In this document: positions 45,592 through 51,966 of the stretch, piece by piece
How positions within the stretch are numbered: position 1 is the first letter of the stretch
How the letters are laid out: each line of letters starts with the position of its first letter
Virus record (IMG/VR): IMGVR_UViG_3300031746_000028
Coordinates: 1-51,966 of that record
Origin: a virus
Taxonomy: Duplodnaviria; Caudoviricetes
Direction: 5' to 3' (one strand)
Length of the DNA: 51,966 bases
Program-made: the position numbers and the translations under genes
Notes under the pieces: model-generated
Told to the model about the DNA's origin: nothing
What the model saw: only the letters and a program-made list of their open reading frames with translations
The model's database searches: none

Positions 45592-45926
45592 ATGACATGG
45601 AGACGCAGACCATCCTCGTGAACGCGGTGATTGGCGTGGTGCTGACCATCGTAGCCAAGTTCCACCCGACGTTTGCCGCGAGCCCGAAGTTCCTGAAGGT
45701 GCTGACGGTGGCCGTGGGCTGTCTCATCCCGGTGCTGGTCCTGAGCAAGGGCCACCTGACCGGCGAGCAGTGGCAGGGCGTCCTATGGGCGACGCTGGCA
45801 GCACTGGGCGGGTACCGGGCCTATGAGACGCTGAAGGACGATGTGACCGGGAAGACGGGCGTGGTTCGCGAGTGTCTGGTCAAGGCTGCTGAGGATGCTG
45901 CACCGCAGGCGGGTGACATCGGATGA
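45588..45926 (+). CDS. Holin-like protein
   Basis: Three short hydrophobic segments, charged C-terminus. Confidence 0.6.
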   Translation: MNDMETQTILVNAVIGVVLTIVAKFHPTFAASPKFLKVLTVAVGCLIPVLVLSKGHLTGEQWQGVLWATLAALGGYRAYETLKDDVTGKTGVVRECLVKAAEDAAPQAGDIG

Positions 45927-47389
45927 AACCTACCCCCTACGCTAGCCGCGCCGTACCCGCCTGGGGCCTCCTCGTCGCCCTGGTGGCATCCTCCTGCCTC
46001 CTGACCCCCGTCGTCGCGCAGGATCGAGGTCTCCTTGACCAGCCGGTCTTCCCCAAAAACCCCACCCCCGTACTTAGGGTCCGCGCCGTCACTCAGGAGG
46101 GGGTGAGCCGGACGCTCCCGGGGGTGCCTGAGTACCTGTGGTGGAATGGGTGCTCACCGACCGCCGCCGGCATGGTCATCGGTTGGTGGGACGCCCAGGC
46201 GGGGTGTACCGACCTGTTCGCGGGCTCGGCCGCGACCTGGTGGGGCGCTGGCGATGGCACCACTGGCACCAAACGGATGGTCGCCAGCAAGGAGCACATT
46301 GCCGCTGGTAAAGCCTTGGGGTTGACCTACGGCTCTTATGAAAACCACGTGGCCAACTGCCTGGCGGACTTCATCCTGACGCGGAATGGCGGCACCTACC
46401 GGAGCTACATTGGCCCCGGGTTGGTCAGCTACTGCTCCTGGCTGGACCCGAGCAACCCCGCCAAAGGTAGTTACCTCGCCACCGCGATCACGCGGCGTAC
46501 TACCGATGGTTGGGACTACGCCCAGTTCTGTGCGGAGATTGACGCCGGGCGACCCGTGCATCTGGGTCTGGTGAATGGCAGCGGTATCGGCCATTCGGTA
46601 ACGGCCATCGGTTACGACAACACCAACGGTAAGCAGAACTACCTCTGCCTAACGACTTGGGGTGGTTGGGGCCTGCGCTCCTGGCCTTGGGCCGGAGAGA
46701 CTGAGAGCGGCTATCGCTTCGTCATCTACGCGGGTTCTTACCTCACGGTGACGCCCAAGGTCACGAATCACCCGCCAACGGCTCCGACCACGCTCAGTAT
46801 CGCGCCCCCCAATCCGATCACCACGGACAACCTTATCGCCACGGCTGCCGGGAGTACCGACCCCGATGGCGACCTCATCAGTTACGAGTATGAGTGGGCT
46901 CGCAGCACCGATGGTGGTAGTAATTGGGGCGGTTGGGGTTGGTCGGGAGCGACCTTGGCCCACACCAACACAACCCGCGGTGAGCAATGGCGGGTCCGGG
47001 CGCGAGCGGGTGACGGGAAGGACACCGGTGCCTGGGCAGCCAGTGCATCGGTCATCATCGCCAATGCGCCGCCCACCATCCCCTCGTCCGTGGTCATTAC
47101 CCCGAGCCCGCGAGCATTGGACAACCAGAATCTGTTAGCGCAGGCCACGGGGAGTATGGACCCGGATGGGGACCGCCTATACTATGTCTACCAATGGTGG
47201 TTGAGCGCGGATGGCGGGGTGACGTGGACGGCGCAGGGGCAATTCTTCAGCACCATGACTGGTAATGTCTTCAAGGCTCACACCCTGACCACGGTCGGCC
47301 AACGGTGGAAGATCCGCGCGGCGGCAGTTGATTGGTATGGACGGGCTCAGGGTTCTAGCCTGGACAGCGCGGTGGTGGAGATCATCTGA
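45923..47389 (+). CDS. Secreted papain-like cysteine peptidase (C39/C10-like) with two Ig-like repeats
   Basis: Signal peptide; GVPEYLWWNGCSPTAAGM (Cys), EIDAGRP, GHSVTAIGYD (His); two N.PPT.P...DPDGD...Y.W repeats. Confidence 0.75.
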   Translation: MKPTPYASRAVPAWGLLVALVASSCLLTPVVAQDRGLLDQPVFPKNPTPVLRVRAVTQEGVSRTLPGVPEYLWWNGCSPTAAGMVIGWWDAQAGCTDLFAGSAATWWGAGDGTTGTKRMVASKEHIAAGKALGLTYGSYENHVANCLADFILTRNGGTYRSYIGPGLVSYCSWLDPSNPAKGSYLATAITRRTTDGWDYAQFCAEIDAGRPVHLGLVNGSGIGHSVTAIGYDNTNGKQNYLCLTTWGGWGLRSWPWAGETESGYRFVIYAGSYLTVTPKVTNHPPTAPTTLSIAPPNPITTDNLIATAAGSTDPDGDLISYEYEWARSTDGGSNWGGWGWSGATLAHTNTTRGEQWRVRARAGDGKDTGAWAASASVIIANAPPTIPSSVVITPSPRALDNQNLLAQATGSMDPDGDRLYYVYQWWLSADGGVTWTAQGQFFSTMTGNVFKAHTLTTVGQRWKIRAAAVDWYGRAQGSSLDSAVVEII

Positions 47390-47446
47390 CGGTGGCCGTT
47401 CGGCAGGTGCAGCGGGCTGTGGCCTGCATCACGGAGGTGAAGAGTA

Positions 47447-47818
47447 ATGCGACCCACCTACTCTAGCCACACCGTCGCGTCCTGGGCCATCCTCGTCGCG
47501 GCGCTGGCCATTGTCGCGCAACCTGTCGTCGCCTTTGAGGTCCCGCCCCTCTCGCTGTCCGCCGTCCAGGGCATCGGCGCGGGAGCGCTCACCGGCACCG
47601 GACTCTCGCTGCCGCTTGGGCAGTGGGTCAAGCTCAGCAATGTGGACCCGTTTCTCGACCTCGGGGTACGGCTTGAGGAGGGCATCCATGTCAGAGGTTG
47701 GTATGGTGGCCTGAGCGGGAGCCTCGCGGGGACGGTGCCACTGCTGGGGAAGACGAGGCAGGGTCTCGGGTACAGTGCGCCGGGGGGCTGGTTGCTGTAC
47801 GCGGCGCTGGAGTTCTGA
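47447..47818 (+). CDS. Exported protein, possible small outer-membrane beta protein
   Basis: Signal peptide; amphipathic strands; ends WLLYAALEF. Confidence 0.5.
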   Translation: MRPTYSSHTVASWAILVAALAIVAQPVVAFEVPPLSLSAVQGIGAGALTGTGLSLPLGQWVKLSNVDPFLDLGVRLEEGIHVRGWYGGLSGSLAGTVPLLGKTRQGLGYSAPGGWLLYAALEF

Positions 47819-47820
47819 GC

Positions 47821-48204
47821 ATGGGCGAGAAGCGCCACGTCCTCGCCCGCCTGGCCTACTGGCAACACCGCCTCGGCATCCAGCCCTGGCGCGTGACCGT
47901 CAACGCTGTCGCGGGCCCGCACATCCGCCAGAGTGACGAGGAGACCACGCTCTGCCGGATCGAGCGCAATCCCGATGACCTGTCGGCGGTGCTGCACGTC
48001 GCCCTGGGCCGGGCGCCCGACGAACTGGACAATGACATCTGCCACGAGTGCCTGCACTTGCTGCTGGGGGAGACCAACACCCTGGTGCAGATGCTCGCCG
48101 GGAGGCTGGGTGGCGAGGCCCGGATGCTGGCGCAGGACCAGTGGCGCAATGTGGAGGAGCGCCTGGTCTCGATGCTGCAACGGGCACTGACGCCTGACGC
48201 CTGA
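47821..48204 (+). CDS. Zn-metallopeptidase-like protein
   Basis: YWQHRLGIQPW...ICHECLHLLL (HExxH). Confidence 0.7.
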   Translation: MGEKRHVLARLAYWQHRLGIQPWRVTVNAVAGPHIRQSDEETTLCRIERNPDDLSAVLHVALGRAPDELDNDICHECLHLLLGETNTLVQMLAGRLGGEARMLAQDQWRNVEERLVSMLQRALTPDA

Positions 48205-48240
48205 CGCCTGACGCCTGACACCTGACGTCTGACGCCTGAT
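48187..48240. repeat. Heptamer tandem repeat (CTGACGC)x7 plus partial
   Basis: ctgacgc x4, ctgacac, ctgacgt, ctgacgc, ctgat. Confidence 0.9.
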
Positions 48241-48434
48241 CTACACTGTGCGGGTCGCCATGCCCGCGCTCCCTGGAGCTGGTCGCTTGCCGGCACCGGC
48301 TCTGCTTGGCCCCCGTCCCGGGCGCGTCGCATTCCGACCCTCCCCGCCCGGGGCGGGGGCGCTCTTTCCCATTCCCCCTTCCCCGACATCCGCCGACCTC
48401 CCCAAAATAGTTTAGAAATAAGTCGCCTACCCCC

Positions 48435-48463
48435 TTGACAAGCTAAAACTAACGATATATAAT
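48435..48463 (+). promoter_or_regulatory. Consensus sigma70 promoter (early)
   Basis: TTGACA-17 bp-TATAAT in an AT-rich island. Confidence 0.9.
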
Positions 48464-48495
48464 AAACCCACAAGCAGACAGCAGGGAGGCACAAG

Positions 48496-48762
48496 ATGAC
48501 GCAGCAGACCACAACGGAAAAGGACAAATGCCGCGAGGCGTTTGTCTGGGTCAAGACACAGGGCCAGAAGCCCGCCATGGAGGTCGCCCTGGTCGAGACT
48601 GCAAGCGCCTGGTGGTCGGCCGGATGGGATGCTGCCGTTGAAGCCGATGCCTGCACCGAATTGACCTGGGATGATGCGCCGGCAGACATGGAGCAGCAGG
48701 TTGCCGAGTGGTGGGTGGCCGGTTACAATGCCGAAGTGCAGAACCGCCGCGATGACAACTGA
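48496..48762 (+). CDS. Hypothetical early protein
   Basis: GGGAGG RBS after the consensus promoter. Confidence 0.7.
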   Translation: MTQQTTTEKDKCREAFVWVKTQGQKPAMEVALVETASAWWSAGWDAAVEADACTELTWDDAPADMEQQVAEWWVAGYNAEVQNRRDDN

Positions 48763-48801
48763 CCACCGAGGGGCGCGGATCCTCCGCGCGGGAGGCAGAC
48801 C

Positions 48802-49026
48802 ATGACCACCGAGAAACGCCACGTCAGCGAGAGCCCGCTCTTCTGGGTTGACGAGGATGCCCGGGTGCTCTGCTACGAGTGCACCAGGGCCCGCGATGCC
48901 TCGCTGGCTGCATGCCCGGAAACTTACGCCATGCTGCGATCAACCATGAGCGTCAACGACGGCCCTGAGCCGATGATCGCCGATTGCGGCCACGTCGTTC
49001 TCGTCGAGGGGTGCACCAATGACTGA
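48802..49026 (+). CDS. Hypothetical protein (CYEC...DCGH)
   Basis: GGGAGG RBS. Confidence 0.65.
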   Translation: MTTEKRHVSESPLFWVDEDARVLCYECTRARDASLAACPETYAMLRSTMSVNDGPEPMIADCGHVVLVEGCTND

Positions 49027-49219
49027 ACCCCGCCGACCGGGCCGCCCCCGCACCCGCCCGCTCAGTGAACTGCAACAAGTCAACGTCCGCCTGCCACGAG
49101 AGACCGCCGCTGCGCTGGACGCCGAGCAGGAGCGTACCGGGCAGTACCGCTGGGAGCTGGTAGACGCGGCGCTGCGGCGGTACCTGAAGCTGGGGAAGAG
49201 GAGTGATGGACGATACTAA
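49019..49219 (+). CDS. Ribbon-helix-helix DNA-binding protein
   Basis: RRPGRP, QVNVRLPRETAAALD...WELVDAALRRYL. Confidence 0.8.
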   Translation: MTEPRRPGRPRTRPLSELQQVNVRLPRETAAALDAEQERTGQYRWELVDAALRRYLKLGKRSDGRY

Positions 49220-49239
49220 GACCTTCACGCTTCCGCGAG

Positions 49240-49716
49240 CTAGGCGCCCAGCCGGTACACGCCGCTGACCCGGCCGGACACGGCGCTCCAGCGCGTGATC
49301 TTCGTGCCCGGAGCCGACGGGTAGCCGCGGGTGCTGGAGGTGTTCTCGGCGATGAGCTCTCGCCCGTCTCCGTAGTACTCCCCCAGGTAGATGGCAATGT
49401 GACCGGGATCGCCGGGGAACCCGATGACATCGCCGGGCTGACGGTCCTGCTTGCCCACCTTGTAGGGCTCCAGCTTTTCCAGCGTGACACACGCTCGGGC
49501 GGCGCCGAAGCGCCATCCGAATGCCGGCAGATCGAGAGCCGTCTCGTACACCTGTCGCACGAAGCGATTGCAGTAGCCCTTCTCCTCCAGGTTGAAGGCC
49601 TGGGCAGCCGCTCCCTTGCCTAGCTTGACGGACTGCTTCCCGGCGATCCGGGCCTCGACGGCCTCGATGGCCCGCTTGACGGCCTTCGCGATCTGGGCCT
49701 GACTGTATAGGCTCAT
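49240..49716 (-). CDS. NlpC/P60-CHAP-like cell-wall hydrolase
   Basis: GYCNRFVRQVY (Cys), QPGDVIGF, GHIAIYLG (His); GAGGTG RBS. Confidence 0.8.
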   Translation of the reverse strand: MSLYSQAQIAKAVKRAIEAVEARIAGKQSVKLGKGAAAQAFNLEEKGYCNRFVRQVYETALDLPAFGWRFGAARACVTLEKLEPYKVGKQDRQPGDVIGFPGDPGHIAIYLGEYYGDGRELIAENTSSTRGYPSAPGTKITRWSAVSGRVSGVYRLGA

Positions 49717-49996
49717 CGTTAGCACCTCTCCCCAGCGCATCCGACTGCGTCGGTACTCCCCTGGGGGGTTCGCCACGACCGGGTGGCACTCCTGCAGGGG
49801 AGCCACTGTTGACTACCACCCTGGAGTTGGAGTTGGTTGGCCCGCGCCTATGAGCAGGCGCACCGACCCCGCGAGCAGCGGGCGTGAACGGTAGTTTGAG
49901 TGGCCGAAGGGCTGTTCACGCCCGCCAGTGGATCGTGCTTGCTGAGAGATCGGCCACGTCTGGCACGATGGCCTCCAGCCCGGAACCCATGCTCCC

Positions 49997-50025
49997 ATGC
50001 TACCACATTCCGGCAGTGTCTTGAA
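49997..50025 (-). promoter_or_regulatory. Putative leftward promoter
   Basis: TTCAAG-17 bp-TAGCAT with TG extension on the minus strand. Confidence 0.45.
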
Positions 50026-50043
50026 AAGAGTTTCAGATTTCGC

Positions 50044-50077
50044 TTGACACGCGAAACCTGGTGCCTATAATAGGCAC
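50044..50077 (+). promoter_or_regulatory. Rightward promoter with operator-like palindrome over the -10
   Basis: TTGACA-16 bp-TATAAT; GTGCCTAT-A-ATAGGCAC at 50061-50077. Confidence 0.8.
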
Positions 50078-50098
50078 GCAAGGAGCAAGCAACGAAAC

Positions 50099-50332
50099 AT
50101 GGAATGCCTAATGACTGCCGAGAAACTCAGAGAGCTACGCACCGCCGCCGACGTTGACCAGCGTGACTTGGCCGCCCGGGTGGGCATCCCCGGCCCGCGC
50201 CTCTGCGAGATGGAGACCGGCAAGCGCCCGATCACCGAGGTTGAGTCGCTGCGCCTGCAAGCGGCCCTGCTGGAGATGGTGCAGGAGCGGAACGCGGCCT
50301 TCGATGCGGCGCGGAAGGGTGTGGCCTCGTGA
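50099..50332 (+). CDS. Cro/XRE HTH regulator
   Basis: LRELRTAADVDQRDLAARVGIPGPRLCEMETGKR. Confidence 0.9.
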   Translation: MECLMTAEKLRELRTAADVDQRDLAARVGIPGPRLCEMETGKRPITEVESLRLQAALLEMVQERNAAFDAARKGVAS

Positions 50333-50676
50333 GCCCGCTTCTGGATGGGGTTGGCATCAGCAGTGAGACAGCCACCAAGCAGGAGACGCTCCGGTACATC
50401 CTGGGCGTACACTTGCGGATCACCACTGGCCTTCTGAAGAAGTCGTGGGCAGAACCAGTTTACCACTACTTTGACCTGACCGCAGGCCCCGGCGACTGCT
50501 CCCAACTGGGCGCTCAGTACACCGGGCCTGGCAGCCCGTTGATCTTCCTCGAAGAGGCGGCAAAGCTCGGGGTGGACTACCGCGCGGTCTGTTTCGAGCA
50601 GGAGGAGTGCTCGGCCAAGCGCCTGTACTTCAAGCCGAATCTGACGGTGCGGCCGAGGGAGTACCCCGAATGGTAA
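50329..50676 (+). pseudogene. Truncated TcmP-like (three-Cys-motif partner) methyltransferase fragment
   Basis: TATKQETLRYIL...YHYFDLTAGPG...GSPLIFL...VCFEQ, then abrupt end. Confidence 0.6.
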
Positions 50677-50852
50677 AGACCACTTTGGCGGACGGGGAGA
50701 ATGCCGTGGCTACTCCCACCACGGAGCGGGCCGAAAACCCACTCCCCGCCCGCCTCCCACATCGCTTCAGCGCCGCTACCCTGGCCAACGTGGCCGACGT
50801 GCTGGCCGCCAACCTGCTGGCCGAACGCGAACGCGAGAGGGGCCATGACTGA
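50670..50852 (+). CDS. Small hypothetical protein
   Basis: Overlapping coupled ORF. Confidence 0.4.
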   Translation: MVKTTLADGENAVATPTTERAENPLPARLPHRFSAATLANVADVLAANLLAERERERGHD

Positions 50853-51010
50853 TGCCGACCTGGGCCTGGGTGACCATCGGTTGTGCGGTCATCGGCGGCG
50901 GGGGCTATGCGCTGTGGGACTGGTGGCTGCTGCGGCAGGAGCGGAGACGGCGCGACGAGGCGGGGCGGCGGAGGGCGCTTGACCGCCACCAGAACGGGAG
51001 CGAGCGATGA
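50852..51010 (+). CDS. Small membrane protein (MPTWAWVTIG...)
   Basis: One TM segment followed by an Arg-rich tail. Confidence 0.55.
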   Translation: MPTWAWVTIGCAVIGGGGYALWDWWLLRQERRRRDEAGRRRALDRHQNGSER

Positions 51011-51165
51011 TGCCGACCTGGGCCTGGGTGACCATCGGCTGCATCTGGTTCGGAGTGACCTTCATGGTCTACGCCTGCTGTCGGGTCGGGGGCGACGCTG
51101 ACCGCCGGCGCGACAATGCCGCGATCCAGCGGAGCATTGAGCAGCACGAGAACGGGGGCGTGTGA
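51007..51165 (+). CDS. Small membrane protein paralogue (MMPTWAWVTIG...)
   Basis: First ~30 bp duplicate the preceding gene; ATGA coupling. Confidence 0.55.
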   Translation: MMPTWAWVTIGCIWFGVTFMVYACCRVGGDADRRRDNAAIQRSIEQHENGGV

Positions 51166-51290
51166 GCATGGCCCTGAACGGTTCGGACATCCTGTGCATG
51201 GTCTTCGTGGTGTGGGCGACGTGGCGGGTGTGGACGTGGGCGCACGAGTAGCAGACGGTAGCCCCACCGACGGGGCGGGAGGCGAGAGAC

Positions 51291-51966
51291 ATGTGTCAGT
51301 TCCTGTCATTCGTGACCAGATGGAAAGAGGGTAATGGTCTGCAGGTGTACGCGGCCCCGTCGCTGAGAGGGCATGGTGAGGCAGTGTCCACCTGGGGTCT
51401 ACAGAAACACGATGTGTTCAAGTTCGCGTGGGAAACGGAGGGTGAAGACAATCTGGTCCTCTCCCATGAGCAGACACCGACGCCCGACGCCGAGCGGGTA
51501 CGATTGGAGGTCCTGCGTCTCTGGCCGCAGCGGTCGGACCTTGTGATGTACCTGATTGGCAAGCTGTTGGATGCCGGGAAATTAGGAGGAGACCTGAACC
51601 TCCATGGCTGCGTGGGTCTGACCGCCCTTCCCGAGGGCCTGACGGTCGGAGGCTCCCTGTGCCTCCATGGCTGCGTGGGTCTGACCGCCCTTCCCGAGGG
51701 CCTGACGGTCGGAGGAGACCTGTGCCTCGATGGCTGCGTGGGTCTGACCGCCCTTCCCGAGGGCCTGACGGTCGGAGGAGACCTGTTCCTCTATGGCTGC
51801 GTGGGTCTGACCGCCCTTCCCGAGGGCCTGACGGTCGGATGCTACCTGTGCCTCGATGGCTGCGTGGGTCTGACCGCCCTTCCCGAGGACCTGACGGTCG
51901 GAGGCTCCCTGAACCTCCATGGCTGCGTGGGTCTGACCGCCCATTCCCGAGGGCCTGACGGTCGGA
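51291..51966 (+). CDS. Leucine-rich-repeat protein (MCQFLS N-terminal domain plus 21-aa LRRs); continues at position 187 after closure
   Basis: GGAGG RBS; open frame into GGxLxLxGCVGLTALPEGLTV repeats. Confidence 0.85.
   Translation, partial: MCQFLSFVTRWKEGNGLQVYAAPSLRGHGEAVSTWGLQKHDVFKFAWETEGEDNLVLSHEQTPTPDAERVRLEVLRLWPQRSDLVMYLIGKLLDAGKLGGDLNLHGCVGLTALPEGLTVGGSLCLHGCVGLTALPEGLTVGGDLCLDGCVGLTALPEGLTVGGDLFLYGCVGLTALPEGLTVGCYLCLDGCVGLTALPEDLTVGGSLNLHGCVGLTAHSRGPDGR
51585..51966 (+). repeat. 63-bp tandem repeat array (6 units here, ~3 at 1-190)
   Basis: Framework ggctgcgtgggtctgaccgcccttcccgag invariant apart from a 1-nt insertion in the last unit; period 63. Confidence 0.95.

Larger units (their letters stand above)
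1..51966 (+). mobile_element. Near-complete tailed bacteriophage genome (siphovirus-like), circularly closed through an LRR repeat array
   Basis: Terminase-portal-scaffold-capsid-tail-tape measure gene order, plus a replication module; 61-186 identical to 51841-51966; no tail sheath gene recognised. Confidence 0.93.

Noticed and set aside
51585-51966. Self-contained diversity-generating retroelement acting on the LRR gene
   Set aside because: No reverse transcriptase or separate template repeat recognised, and some silent adenines (first GGA) are invariant; only a trans-acting possibility remains

Overview
The window looks like an essentially complete, circularly closed tailed-phage genome of about 51.8 kb (GC-rich, siphovirus-like). 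Positions 61-186 recur exactly at 51841-51966, inside a 63-bp leucine-rich-repeat (LRR) array. Almost all genes are on the + strand. In order they are: recombination/replication genes (PD-(D/E)XK nucleases, Rad50-like ATPase, SNF2 helicase, O-like initiator with iterons); DNA modification (a beta-class amino-methyltransferase invaded by two HNH genes, ParB-like protein, C5 methyltransferase); terminase, portal, head and tail genes; lysis/membrane genes; and early regulatory genes. I found no integrase, reverse transcriptase, tRNA or CRISPR array. The most unusual elements are: (1) a RAMP/Cas7-like gene remnant followed directly by a phased GGC-NN pentamer array, a candidate RNA-guided system; (2) an 8-nt stop-containing insert in a hairpin right after the methyltransferase SPPY motif, a candidate translational bypass; (3) an HNH gene nested out of frame in a methyltransferase ORF that stays open; (4) a C5 methyltransferase with two TRD/motif IX-X modules; (5) a cassette pair led by a repeated pseudoknot-like RNA leader, with one cargo gene built from capsid and scaffold fragments; and (6) an LRR array that varies mainly at binding-face codons. 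All product calls are from motif recognition by eye, not database searches.
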